DNA of 62,517 nt, filler included, from Collodictyon triciliatum (GCA_043381765.1; 40 parts of 40 records of this genome joined end to end with filler, not necessarily neighbours in it), one strand, 5' to 3'; shown: positions 12,464-25,654, counted from the whole stretch's first letter. Made by a program: numbers and translations. The notes: a model not told the origin generated them from the sequence alone.

Positions 12464-13883
12464 NNNNNNNNNNNNNNNNNNNNNNNNNNNNNNNNNNNNN
12501 NNNNNNNTTAATTAATTAANNNNNNNNNNNNNNNNNNNNNNNNNNNNNNNNNNNNNNNNNNNNAGAAACAAAGAAACAAAGAAACAAAGAAACAAAGAAA
12601 CAAAGAAACAAAGAAACAAAGAAACAAAGAAACAAAGAAACAAAGAAACAAAGAAACAAAGAAACAAAGAATTACCTTAACAAAGAGCAGAGGAAACCAT
12701 GTCTGATTAGAGCTGAGTCCTATCGCCCCGAAAAAAAAAATTAGATTGTTACGCGTCATGGTTGCTCGAAATTATTTAACTCTCTGGCGATATGAACGCC
12801 TCCATTATAAATTCAGTTTAAATAAATTAAATCTATACCGTTCCAATCTTGCCTTGATTTACAATACAAAAAGGATGAGGTGACAACAGATTCTACACAA
12901 TACACATTTTCCAAAATAATACAAAACGTGGTATTAAAAACCCAAACAATATTTCCCTCATAGGTCTAGTATCTTTTCACAGCGCTTTATCATAAACATT
13001 TAAATATACCTTACATTAATTTTATGTCACATATTTCAAATGTAGGATATAGTTGATATTAATTCAATATTTTCTTAATATTAATATCACAATGATGAGA
13101 TATACAGTATTTTAAAAATCTCACTAGATATCATATGCGAAGCAATAAAGGCTATTGAAACACTATCTTTTCCTATTTTAATTGAGATTTTAAAAGAAAC
13201 GGGATTAAAAAAAAACTACAGTGATTCAGTTATTAGATACCATCTATTTGAATAATACAATTGGTTGCATGTTTGAAATATAAATCAATATTTTCATCAC
13301 TCTTGGATTTCGTCATATTTTGTGTTCGGTTAAGATTGAACTCATATTACAGATATGATATTTTCTCTAAAATTGTCTTTATTGACATTTTTTGGTATTC
13401 ATTTTTTTTTAAAAAAAAAACAACCTATATAAATAGAAAGAGCTTATAAGTAAAAAAAAAAAATAAAAATTGAAAGCTGTCGTACCATAACTCGGGCCAT
13501 GGATAACTTGCCATTTTATATTTTTTTCCTCCTCACTAATAACATTTTTAACATTTTTAACATTAAAAGTAGAGTATGACATATGATAAGAATTTAAAGG
13601 ATTCACACTACGATTAGGCAATAAAGCCTTTACCATTAAAGCCTACCTTGGAAAACAAATGTAATATCATGACTAAAGAGTAAGTTTAGATGTTCATGTC
13701 ACCTCCTGGCAGAATGTTCCAAGTCAGTTGCGTACGAATGCCATAGGTTCTGAGACAAGTCGAGACCGTTCAAAACAGAGACCCTGAGCATCTTCCATTG
13801 CCCTTGCAATAGTGCGGTTGGATTCATCCCTACCAGATCTTGCCAGTCTATCATGGAGCAGTCAAATAAAAGCTCAACACAAA

Positions 13884-13935
<52 letters not shown>

Positions 13936-13947
13936 AAATCGAATAAA

Positions 13948-13989
<42 letters not shown>

Positions 13990-14132
13990 AAAAAACAAAA
14001 AACAAAAAACAAAAAACAAAAAAAAACAAAAANNNNNNNNNNNNNNNNNNNNNNNNNNNNNNNNNNNNNNNNNNNNTTAATTAATTAANNNNNNNNNNNN
14101 NNNNNNNNNNNNNNNNNNNNNNNNNNNNNNNN

Positions 14133-14173
14133 AATTTTATTTCATTAAATAAATCTTTATTATCAACATTCAT
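14133..14173 (-). CDS. Start of next co-oriented ORF (MNVDNKDLFNEIK...), cut by contig end
   Basis: ATG 36 bp after the polymerase stop, preceded by the same 13-bp motif as the polymerase. Confidence 0.5.
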
Positions 14174-14208
14174 AATAAATATATATACTATTATATATAT
14201 TTATTTCT

Positions 14209-15447
14209 TTAAGTTAATTTAATATTAACGAACTTTTCCCCTTCATATTTAAAATCTCCTATGTTGTCACTTATTGATAAATAATCATCTAATGGAAATT
14301 TTGAATATAAACTGTCAGTATGAACATATACTATATTATTAATTATAGGGTTTAATATTTCTGTAAAATGTTTTCTTGAAGAACTATATAAAAAAGGTTT
14401 CATTCTTGGCAATGCTCCTTTATAAAAAAAAGACTTATTATATAATGTTATTTCATAGCCCCCACTATTCATCGGTTCTATTTTAAAATCTTTATTATCA
14501 TATATTATAAATTCATCATCGCTTTTTATTTTTTTAACTACTTTATCAGATTCAACTAAAGCACCAAATAATATATTTAATAGATCTTTTATAATATATT
14601 TTTGTTTTATGTTTTTCTTTTTTAAATCGTATAAATAAGTTACGTATTCGTTGAATATATCATTGCTATTAATACAATCTTTATTATCATATATCAAAGC
14701 ATTATATTCTTCATCCATATCTAAAACAATATTAAACCCTAGCTTATGAGCTTCCAATATATCAATATGTGTATATGTATTATTTTTATTTTGTTTAAAT
14801 ATTCCTGATTTATAATTACTAATAGAACATTTATAAATACCAATATTTATATTATTATAATCTATATCATTTAATTTATAAAATTTACCTTCTTTAATTG
14901 GTATTTTAACATTTATATGTGATAATACAAAAGGATAAAAGCTGTTTATATCATATGTATAAACTTTTCCTGAATATTCTTTTTTATGTTGAATGGCGCC
15001 TGTCACTGAATCTTCTAAAAAATTTGTTTCTAGTTCTGATTTAACCGGTGATATTATTTTATGTAGATCTTTATTAAAATCAAAAAATAATTTAATAGCC
15101 ATATTCTTAACTGAAGGATTAATAAATAAATTAATCGTTTCTTTAGTAATTTTTTTTAATTCTATGGCATCATTATAAAGTTGTTTATGACAATCAATAA
15201 TATTAATATGTTTATCCTCTTCTTTACAATATGAACAATATGAACATTTATTAACAATGTTATATTGTGTTTTTCCTGCCATTGAATCTTTTATTAGTTT
15301 ACGTCCTTTTATTAAATCTTCTTCGACTATAAACTTTTTATTACTTACTAAAAATAATACTTTATTATCTACAAATTCATAAAATAATATTTCTTTCTCT
15401 TTATATAAGTTAATGCCATATAAATAAATGTTTGTTTGACAATCCAT
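14209..15447 (-). CDS. Protein-primed family B DNA polymerase-like protein (Polinton/PLV/virophage type), 412 aa
   Basis: Motif A YDINSFYP, motif B KDLLNILFGAL, motif C VYVHTDSLY, C-terminal IGDFKYE. Intronless and extremely AT-rich. Confidence 0.88.
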   Translation of the reverse strand: MDCQTNIYLYGINLYKEKEILFYEFVDNKVLFLVSNKKFIVEEDLIKGRKLIKDSMAGKTQYNIVNKCSYCSYCKEEDKHINIIDCHKQLYNDAIELKKITKETINLFINPSVKNMAIKLFFDFNKDLHKIISPVKSELETNFLEDSVTGAIQHKKEYSGKVYTYDINSFYPFVLSHINVKIPIKEGKFYKLNDIDYNNINIGIYKCSISNYKSGIFKQNKNNTYTHIDILEAHKLGFNIVLDMDEEYNALIYDNKDCINSNDIFNEYVTYLYDLKKKNIKQKYIIKDLLNILFGALVESDKVVKKIKSDDEFIIYDNKDFKIEPMNSGGYEITLYNKSFFYKGALPRMKPFLYSSSRKHFTEILNPIINNIVYVHTDSLYSKFPLDDYLSISDNIGDFKYEGEKFVNIKLT

Positions 15448-15469
15448 AATATATAATAAAATATAAAAA

Positions 15470-15482
15470 TATTTCTTTAAGT
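15470..15482 (-). promoter_or_regulatory. Putative viral promoter motif ACTTAAAGAAATA (second copy at 14202-14214)
   Basis: Identical 13-mer 22 nt upstream of the polymerase ATG and 28 nt upstream of the next ATG. Confidence 0.6.
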
Positions 15483-17470
15483 CATTTTAATTTATTATTT
15501 TAAATTTATATTTTAAAATCGCCCCTTCCTTCCCTCCATTATTTAAACCAACCGACCGACCAACAAAAATATATTTTAGGGAAAAATGGGGGGATTTTTC
15601 CNNNNNNNNNNNNNNNNNNNNNNNNNNNNNNNNNNNNNNNNNNNNTTAATTAATTAANNNNNNNNNNNNNNNNNNNNNNNNNNNNNNNNNNNNNNNNNNN
15701 NTCACTCACTCACTCACTCACTCACTCACTCACTCACTCACTCACTCACTCACTCACTCACTCACTCACTCACTCACAGAAGTAAAAGATTCATTTTGCC
15801 CCATTCTGTTTGGCGCTTATTCGTAACGTGTCTTTGTGAAAATCGAAAATAATCCAAAAAATTTCACCTTTCAAAATGATATCGTTTTATTCGGTTTGAA
15901 TTTAAGATATATTTAGAATTGTACATCCTTTGAATCGAATATTTACTTTTTTTTTTTTTTTTAGCATTACTCGAAGTATAAAGATATTGAAATAATGAAA
16001 CTTTATCACTCTGATTTTCTTCTATGACTTCCTGTATAAAGGTTTCCACTAGATACAGATTTCATGATTCAACATCAATCTAAGCTAGGATAGACTAATC
16101 AAGATTATGATTTTCTAAATCTTGAAAATTTGATTGCAATAATATAGTAATTCATGAGATCTCACATCTAAGAGATCATGAAACGAAGAGGTGAGATACA
16201 TCAAATTAAAGCACCGTCAGAGAAACCACCTTAGTAGTCTTTGTAGTTGTGTCGCGAGATTAGCATGCATTATTCCCTTTAAATTTGTACAAGATTAGAG
16301 GGTCTGAACCCAGTTTGCTGATCTTCCTTTGCATGGAGCTACCTCGATTAGTTAGTGAATTATTTCTATAAATAGTAAAAGCCAAATGTCATTTAATCAA
16401 CAATATAAATATATAGATTAAAGACAAAATTAAATATATATCTGGTGTCAATTAAAAAATCAATAAAAGATTAGAATATACATAACAATTATTAAATATT
16501 ACGAGGTCAAGAAGTATCTATGAAAAAAAGACTCTGAAAGGATGCCGGATCGATTTTTAACATAAATAGTTCAGGATTATGGTTAATTGCATGACCAAAT
16601 ACTATATTTTCTTAATTGCTTTGCGTACATGCCCAACAATATATTCATGTTTCTACTAATCACTTATAAACTATTATGTAAATAATGGAAGGGATTCAAT
16701 CTATGTAATATTTCATCTGAAGGTAGACTTAAGCTAAAATAATTAACCTTTTATAGTTTTATATGCATGGTACCAACAATTCCAGAGTGTGAATAGCAAG
16801 CCATATGGAATGTTACACACGCAACGTCTTAAAAATCCTTGAAATTATCTAAATTAAGAATCAATGTGTTATTGAAACATCGAATGGCCATGAATCATGC
16901 TTTGTATTTGCTGTCCAAAACAAAACAAAAAAAGAAACTGTATAAAGTGAAGCGTCAATGACAAGAATCATCAAAATTCCAAATACTTTCAAACCTCAAT
17001 ATTGCAACTTGCAATTTATTTTGCCATGTGTCGAATCAAGATTCATTTTTAATCTATCGTAAATTAGCAATATGTAAAAACTGCTTGAAAATTACGATGC
17101 CATATTGAATTATTTTAATGGATTAATTTTAAACACTCAGTTATGAGCACAAAAAAAAAACAAAACAAAANNNNNNNNNNNNNNNNNNNNNNNNNNNNNN
17201 NNNNNNNNNNNNNNTTAATTAATTAANNNNNNNNNNNNNNNNNNNNNNNNNNNNNNNNNNNNNNNNNNNNACATAAAACAACATAAAACAACATAAAACA
17301 ACATAAAACAACATAAAACAACATAAAACAACATAAAACAACATAAAACAACATAAAACAACATAAAACAACAAAAGAAACAAAAGAAAACACTTTTTTC
17401 TTATTATGAATACATATCTTAATGATTGAATTCCATCTGATAAACACAAAGCCCCATCGGCGTCAACAAT

Positions 17471-18494
17471 GTGGAAAGAGAAGAAACACCCGAAGCTCAA
17501 CCAGAGACCTTGTCTGGTACGGAACTACAAAGAAATTTAAACACTGTATCCCGAGACTGGGGGCTTAGCGAAGCTAGAAGCTATAGCGACTCATCCATAA
17601 AACCGGGTCTATATTCAGACCCTATCGATGATTCACAAAGCCAAGTTGGGGAGAACGAAAGAAAGTATCCGCGAAAATATTTATACATCAATTATATCTA
17701 TGAGTTTTTAAGTCGAGCTAATTAATACTGCTAGATGATATTTATCTTATTCGAACCAGATTCCTGGTCTTTACCAAATTTACATATTTCTCCTAGACTA
17801 TCTACAGAAACAAGAGTTGGGATAGAACCGATAGCAAAACTAAAGAAGGTAATATGAGTAACACTTTTTCATTGACAAGGATGAAAGATGTCTCATTATT
17901 TGACTCCTTTTATCAGGATTAAATGGAATTAAAACTCAATATATTCATTCACTAAACGGCACTCGGACATATCTAGTGTCCACATACAAAAACGATGAGC
18001 TTAATTTCTTTTCGTATGATTGGTATCATACAAGTAAATTATTCAACATTTGTATGCCATTCAGCTACTCAGAGCGCCAGATCTGACGCTTGCTTCAGTG
18101 ATATGTATGTCGCTACATGAAGAGGAGCCTGAAGATGTCCATTTAATATGCAAGCACTTGATAGTATCTCTTTATCCCTCAAGAGCATATCCTTTTCTGA
18201 GGCTAATTGTAGCCAGAGAAGTTTATCGAACAGGTTTATACGTTAGTCTTATCCTCAAAAAAGCCTTGGGCCGGTGATACCTGTTTAAGAAAATGACAAT
18301 TTTAATAAAACTACAATCTAATGATAATGTATCATTATAAATTTTAAGGTCTTGCTGCCAATTTGTTTGGGGAAAAGTCCATAGGACTTCATCTACTATC
18401 ATGCTATGGCCACCTTGTTGCAAGAAGTTCTTTGATTGAGTATCTAGGACCGACGATAATTAAAATATGTCGCTATGACCCTAGTATATTGGAT
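17471..18494 (+). CDS. RasGAP-domain-like protein, multi-exon fragment
   Basis: Exons ..AYPFLRLIVAREVYRT and LAANLFGEKSIGLHLLSCYGHLVARSSLIEYLGPTIIKIC resemble the RasGAP start (EV..T..TLFRGNS.ATK....Y...VG..YL...L.P.I..I). Confidence 0.6.
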
Positions 18495-19686
18495 GTAAGT
18501 TGCATACCCTCTGATATAAATATGAGATTATAGGTCTATATAAGGGTATTATCATATTAGGTAAAGACGATTTTTTTTAATTGTTTCCTTCAATGTATGT
18601 AATACAAGAGTCTGACTGCGATTCACTAACTTTCGATAAAATAAAGTGAAATAAAATAAAGTGAAATAAAATAAAGTGAAATAAAATAAAGTGAAATAAA
18701 ATAAAGTGAAATAAAATAAAGTGAAATAAAATAAAGTGNNNNNNNNNNNNNNNNNNNNNNNNNNNNNNNNNNNNNNNNNNNNTTAATTAATTAANNNNNN
18801 NNNNNNNNNNNNNNNNNNNNNNNNNNNNNNNNNNNNNNCTTGTATCTCTTATGCAAGCACAAGACCCAGGCTACAGGCCAAACCGCAGGATGCAATTCCT
18901 GATTACCGACTACTTCTCCGCCACCCGGCCACCAAGTGGCACCCATGCAAACGATGGCTAGCGAACCAAAGCCAACATCTTCACCATCCTGCACAAAATT
19001 GAAAGGAAGAATAAAAAAAAAAAATGATGCTAAACAATATTAAAAATATAAATATAATATCACACTTTTTATTATTTAATGAAAATGCATCATATATCTT
19101 CGTATAAGTGAAACGGTGTAGATGAAACGAGAAGGTGGGAACCTGCTGAAGCGGGATATGTGGGAACTTGGGAATCCACGGTCGACGAATGCTATGGCGA
19201 TTTGTCCCATGACTTCCACAATCAGAAAATCCATCTACAAAGCAAATTTTTTTTCTTCCCATTCCCAAAGCAAGAGTCAATTCAAACAACCGCAGCCAAA
19301 GCGGAATCAAATCGACACGCAACACAAAACAAACGACCACCCAATCAGAAGCAGAAAGCCAGAAGCCAGAAGCAGAAAGCCAGAAGCCAGAAAGCAGAGA
19401 CCCGTGAGGCAACCACGGCCTGCGAGCGTAACTTAAGGACAAAGCCCTCATCTTAAGCAAGGAGAGCTTGGAGAGTGAGAGAGTGAGAGGGTGAAGAAAG
19501 GAAAACAAAAATACACGAAGCCAAAAAGGAATCTGCTTTCAGAAGCGCTCTACCTATACGCGAAAGAGAACATACTCACACGCCCGCTTCTGAAACACTC
19601 AGCGCAACAGAACTCAAAGCACAGCAAAGCAACCACACACCCTCCCTGAAACACTGAAAAGCCCGCCAACCGCAGCGGCCGCCACG

Positions 19687-20196
19687 ATGAACCCGACTCA
19701 AATCGCAGCGCGAAATCTGCACCTGAATCTCAACCTAGGGCTCACTCTCGGCAGCACCCTGACCAACACCCTCGTTGATGAGGAGGCTGCAGCGCCATTG
19801 CCACCCGTATGTTTGCTCTGCACAAACAAGAAGAAACAAGAAGAAACAAGAAGAAACAAGAAGAAACAAGAAGAAACAATACTATACAATACATTATGAT
19901 AACAATATAAACCGATTTTAAATTAAATTAAAAGAAAAAACTCCCACGACAGAACGAGTATGACCAGGCCGGGACTGTGTCGACATTTGTGACGATCAGC
20001 TCGCTGGCGTTTGTGCTTTACAGTCAGTTTGTGGACTTTTCGCTGGGTGCGTGGCTGGTCTTTTTCGGGACGCAGGGACTTCTTGTGGCCCGCTTCCGCC
20101 TGCTGGATAAGTCTGCAGCCCACACACTGCTTCCAACCAGAGTCGATCCCGTCCACCTGCGCCTCATGTTGCACGACAGAGACTTTGACGGACGCG
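19687..20196 (+). CDS. Membrane-anchored RING-H2 E3 ligase-like (SDIR1-like) protein, 5' exons
   Basis: Exons 19687-19806 and 19953-20196 in phase. Two hydrophobic segments followed by LRLMLHDRDFD. The RING domain itself is not seen. Confidence 0.5.
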
Positions 20197-20406
20197 GTAC
20201 ACAAACAAAACAAAAACAAACAAAAACAAACAAAAACAAACAAAAACAAACAAAAACAAACAAAAACAAACAAAAACAAACAAAAACAAACAAAAACAAA
20301 CAAAAANNNNNNNNNNNNNNNNNNNNNNNNNNNNNNNNNNNNNNNNNNNNTTAATTAATTAANNNNNNNNNNNNNNNNNNNNNNNNNNNNNNNNNNNNNN
20401 NNNNNN

Positions 20407-20504
20407 GGTTATAATGGTTATAATGGTTATAATGGTTATAATGGTTATAATGGTTATAATGGTTATAATGGTTATAATGGTTATAATGGTTATAATGGTT
20501 ATAA
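20407..20504 (+). repeat. (GGTTATAAT)n microsatellite
   Basis: About 11 perfect units at the contig start. Confidence 0.95.
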
Positions 20505-20561
20505 TTGAAACTATGATATTAAAGTTAGACCTGTAGATTGTAATAAAAAAATCGCACAAAC

Positions 20562-21766
20562 CGTTCGTTCTCCGTTGATTTCAATTTGCAGGTGACTAAG
20601 CTCAGTCAAGTTTACAATAAAATCTGGTAACTCATATATCTAAGGTACCGTGGGTAAATGTTGTTATATTTGATTCGCAGAACTATAATAACATGTCTCT
20701 GTTTATTCCTTCTTTTTTTTTTTTGAGGTAATCGAATAGCATAGTTCAACAGTGAGTTACAGCAGCATTTCTCCGATTGAAGGAGCTATGAAAAAATTTA
20801 TGATTGGAATTCCTACAAACCATACTTACTGGATTTTTGTGGATGAGAAGCATCTTTAGACGAGTAAATTTCCGAATGACATTGGGTAGGACCTCAAACT
20901 ATTGAAAGAAAAATTAGATTTAGCCATATGCTTATCTGCATATTATCTGCGAATCAGGTGAACACGAAAGACCAACTAGATGATATGAAAATGATCCTCC
21001 AGATTATTTTTTTCCTTTGTTCAATTCAAAAATCCTCCAGATTATTTATTTATCTATCTGAGCTATCTTATTTGTTGTAATTGGGATTTAAGAAATATTT
21101 GAACATATTCGATCACAAAATGACTGCTTTGTTATGGCAGATATCAAAAAAAAAATTGATAAATCACTGAAAAAAATTATGACCATAGCTGTAGAATGGT
21201 GTGTCACTAATAAACCAAAAAAGGGGAGAAAGGAGGAAAGGGGAAAAGGGGAAAAGGGGAAAGGGGAAAAGGGGAAAAGGGGAAAAGGAGGAAAGGGGAA
21301 AAGGGGAAAAGGGGAAAAGGGGAAAAGGGGAAAAGGGGAAAAGGGGAAAAGGGGAAAAGGGGGAAAGGGGGAAAGGGGGAAAGGGGAAAAGAGAAAGAAT
21401 AATAGAATATAAAGATATGTGGGCGCATAATATACACCTTGTTTGTGTCGATATCGAGTCTCGTGATGCTACTCAAGACACCAAGGGACTCCGGCAGGGT
21501 GAATAACTCATTATTTGAGAGTCGTAGCCATTTAATACCGAGAAGCCTGGACAATGAGTCTGGTATGTCGATGATCCTCTTGTTTTCAAGCCACAACGTA
21601 TCTGCGTCTTCCAGCTCTCCATGCGGCCAGAAGTCCGGCCGAAGCAAGACCAACGCATCCTTGAGCCTCTCGTTGCTCATCATTTGGAAACTATCTTTCG
21701 GGAAGATTTTGACAGGAATATGGTTAGAGGCTAGATTGTCCTTCTTCCCATGAGACAATATATGTT
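20562..21766 (-). CDS. Leucine-rich repeat protein, multi-exon fragment
   Basis: LWLENKRIIDIPDSLSRLLGIKWLRLSNNELFTLPESLGVLSSITRLDIDTNK; further exons FEVLPNVIRKFTRLKML and ELPDFIVNLTELSHL. Confidence 0.85.
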
Positions 21767-21974
21767 CTGTAGTTGTATTTGTATTTGTATTTGTATTTGT
21801 ATTTGTATTTGTATTTGTATTTGTATTTGTATTTGTATTTGTATTTGTATTTGTATTTGTATTTGTATTTGTATNNNNNNNNNNNNNNNNNNNNNNNNNN
21901 NNNNNNNNNNNNNNNNNNTTAATTAATTAANNNNNNNNNNNNNNNNNNNNNNNNNNNNNNNNNNNNNNNNNNNN

Positions 21975-22630
21975 AGCCCGTCGCACCGAGAACCAAGGAG
22001 CAAGAGCAAACAGCACAAGTCGAATCCAAGCTTGGAACTTCACACACCAAAGACAGTCCGAGCAAGCAGGAGCGTATATTTCTAAAACCACAAACGCGTA
22101 TCCATACTCCGGTTAAGCAAAGTCCACTGCCGGCTACGCATCGTCCCGAAACCAGGGGACGGTCAAGCACCACTTCCGTTACTACCAGACAAACAACGAT
22201 GTAACGCTTTTTGTCTGAGTCGCCCAGCAAGAAACGCAACGAAATTGACCTGTTGTCTCCTCAAAAGACTCATCCTGTGGAATGAAATAGGATGTAAACC
22301 TTGTCTGAGATAGACGAATGAAAGGACTCGTCGGAATCGATTTGAGAAGTAACTGCCATGTGCGTATTTTCATCCACCCGACAACTTTATCCAATTTTCT
22401 TTCAGTCTCGAACACAACCAGAAATCGCGTTGGAGCTTAGCCACTTCAAGTAGAATAGTCTGTGTGTGAAAATCCTTTCTCTCCTGTTTTTTTTCTTTTT
22501 CTTTCCACCCAAAACACAAAACCTCCAACCACACAATCCGGGGTTTTCCACTGTCTTGTCCACAGCTCATTTTTGTCCTAGAGGCGAAGGCGGTTTCCTC
22601 AATAAACTGTTGAAAAGAAACCAAAAAAAT
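21975..22630. repeat. Unidentified dispersed repeat family, copy B
   Basis: Matches 5385-5890 directly and 34100-34413 in inverted orientation (TTTTGTCCTAGAGGCGAAGGCGGTTTCCTC; AATAAACTGTTGAAAAG). Confidence 0.92.
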
Positions 22631-23542
22631 AATGACAGTCCAACAAATATTTATTTAGTAGATATTCACAAAATGTATACTGTTACAAGAACAAATATAT
22701 TTATAGTTTAATTTATTTTAATCCACACTTTTTTACATGCAGAACAGCACAACATAAAATGGAAGAGATATTCAATTTTTATATATCTTTTCATTTTATC
22801 ACCAATTAAACCTCATTCCGGTTGTATTTCGCGTTTTGTATCGGCTACAAAAAAACCCAAAACTTCCTGTCTCTCACACGCGTATGGAAGAGTAAAAATT
22901 ATGTTGTGCATCTTATCAAGTTTTTATTATTCGTCAATATGAATTTTTTGCGCTATTTATTTTATATGTGCACTCAGAGCCGGATTGTGCGTAATAATGC
23001 CATGCAATCATGGCAAAGTCTTGAATAAATGGAAATATAATCATGGCTAAGACCATTTGTAGGCGTTTTAATCATTATATTTATTGCTCCGGATGCTGCA
23101 CTTTTGCATTTATAATATTATCAGAATTAATACCCATGCTTCACAACGAGCGTTTAAACTTCCACTTAAGATAAAGAAAATGTAAAACGCTGTCCATATA
23201 TTATACAAATCAACATGAAATTCTACATATCACATATTTTGTAAAAACAGAAGCTTGTATTTTTTGAAAACATTTTAATTTTATTGTTTATATTTTATCT
23301 TATTTTTTGTTTGTTGTTGGATGTATCCATTAACATTAACATTATCATTAACATTATCATTATCATTATCATTATCATTATCATTATCATTATCATTATC
23401 ATTATCATTATCATTATCATTATCATTATCATTATCATTATCNNNNNNNNNNNNNNNNNNNNNNNNNNNNNNNNNNNNNNNNNNNNTTAATTAATTAANN
23501 NNNNNNNNNNNNNNNNNNNNNNNNNNNNNNNNNNNNNNNNNN

Positions 23543-23944
23543 GCACTTGCACCTCCCCAGCTTACAGGTCCTTTTGAGGTGCTCATACGTGTCCAAACGG
23601 AGGAATCTATGGTTATCCATACACCAACGAAAGATTAAATTCAATTTGAATTTTGATTTTTAAATAAAGTTATTATAACTATACGATAACAATAACTATC
23701 GATTTTTTTTTAAAAAAAAAAATACATACTGGAATTGAAAGTCCAAAGATCATGGAATATGGTTAAAGGGCCAAGTCCACCATAAATAGCGAGTTTTCCA
23801 TCCATGTTGAAGCAGTATGGAAATCTCCTGCCTTTAGGTTTTGTAGTCTGTATTGTTGGGTACAAACTCCACGATAAAGTTTTCAAGTTAAGTGACGATA
23901 CATCAGATATGAATGTTTCTGTCAAACCGCCAAAGACAAATGCC
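23543..23944 (-). CDS. Kelch-repeat protein fragment
   Basis: AFVFGGL..ISDVSSLNLKTLSW..PKGR..KLAIYGGLGPLTIFHDLWTFN, the GG...W Kelch signature. Confidence 0.85.
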
Positions 23945-25551
23945 TGTAAGATTCAAAGACATAAAAAATTAAAAATTGCACTAAATTGAGCCTTAGTTCA
24001 GATAAATTAATCTATCAAGGTAGTCAGCGACCTTCGAAGGTTTTATCACACGGGGTGACGTAAGAAATTGTCTTTGCAATCGATACCTCATTACCCAACA
24101 ACGCGCTGCAATAATCATCACGAACTATTGGGGCGTCCCCTTTTGTCATTTGAAATTTCCACAAAAAATTGTCTATTTATTTTTATTTTGTTTATATTTG
24201 TTTACTACCTATTTATATTCTTGTATGATTTGTAAGGTATAATTATTTTTTGAAAATATCGGAAAATAAATTAGAAAATTATAAGGACGAAAAAAAAAAG
24301 AAATAAGAAAGAGGTAAAAGGAATAGAGCGATTTTGGCTGCCATCAACACTCAACAATTAACATTTTTTTTACCAATATCGTAGAGGGTATAAATATGAT
24401 CCATTAATCGTTGTTCTGAATCCCAGTCATTCACATTTCTGTTGGCGACATCCAAATTAATAGTCATCGCTTGAACTTTATGAGCTGAACAAAATACATG
24501 TGCTTGAAAGAATCATACGAAAGCAAGAGAATGAGCTAAAAACGGATACACAATCCTTTAAGAGTAATAGGTATATATAAAATATTAAATGAATCTAACA
24601 CCAATCTTGTATAACGCAAACCCTTCAGGAAACAAAAAAACCGCAGATTCAAAAGATATGGAGCTTTTTGTAGTAAATCCAGGAGGATAATCAGATAATA
24701 ATGCCCATTCGTTGACTTGGCCTTCATGGATTGATCAATTAATGATTATTAGTGAATTTAGACAGAATTATTTAATGTATTATTTACTTATTAAATCTGA
24801 ATGGACATTTCAACTACCAACGGAAATTTTTCGAAGATAAAAAAAAAATGGCCTATAAGCTTTTTTTTGACTTCGAATGGTGGCTAACTAGGTTTGATGT
24901 ACTGATACGGGAAAAAAAAAGAAGTAATACCTTGTATGTTGAGGAAAAAAATATGAAATAGTAATGTAAACAGTGTTTGAGCCCGCAGCACATTCAAATG
25001 GAGGCATTTCNNNNNNNNNNNNNNNNNNNNNNNNNNNNNNNNNNNNNNNNNNNNTTAATTAATTAANNNNNNNNNNNNNNNNNNNNNNNNNNNNNNNNNN
25101 NNNNNNNNNNTTTCTTTTCTTTTCTTTTCTTTTCTTTTCTTTCCTTTTCTTTCCTTTCCTCTCCTTTCCTTTTCTTTTCTTTTCTTTTCCTTTCCTTTTC
25201 TTTTCTTTTCTTTTCTTTTCTTTTCTTTTCTTTTCTTTCCTTTTCTTTCCTTTCCTCTCCTTTCCTTTTCTTTTCTTTTCTTTTCCTCTCCTTTTCCTTT
25301 CTTTTCTTTTCTTTTCTTTTCTTTTCTTTTCTTTTCTTTTCTTTTCTTTTCTTTTCTTCTTCCTCTCCTTTCCTTTTCTTTTCTTTTCTTTTCCTCTCCT
25401 TTTCCTTTCTTTTCTTCTTTTTCTTTTCTTTTCCTCTCCTTTTCCTTTCTTTTCTTCTTTTTCTTTTCTTTCCTCTCCTTTTCTTTTCTTTTCTTTTCTT
25501 TTCTTTTTCTTTCCTTTTTCCTTTTTCCTTTTCTTTTTCTTTTCTTTTTTC

Positions 25552-25585
<34 letters not shown>

Positions 25586-25623
25586 CTTTTCTTTTTTTCT
25601 TTTCTTTTTTCTTTTCTTTTTTC

Positions 25624-25654
<31 letters not shown>

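Noticed and set aside
10995-15601. MCP and pPolB as one physically linked viral locus
   Set aside because: They are on separate contigs with an unrelated contig between them, and differ in base composition and state of decay.
20407-20504. (GGTTATAAT)n as a telomere
   Set aside because: Short, wrong polarity for a left end, and it lies just past an LRR exon in what looks like an intron.
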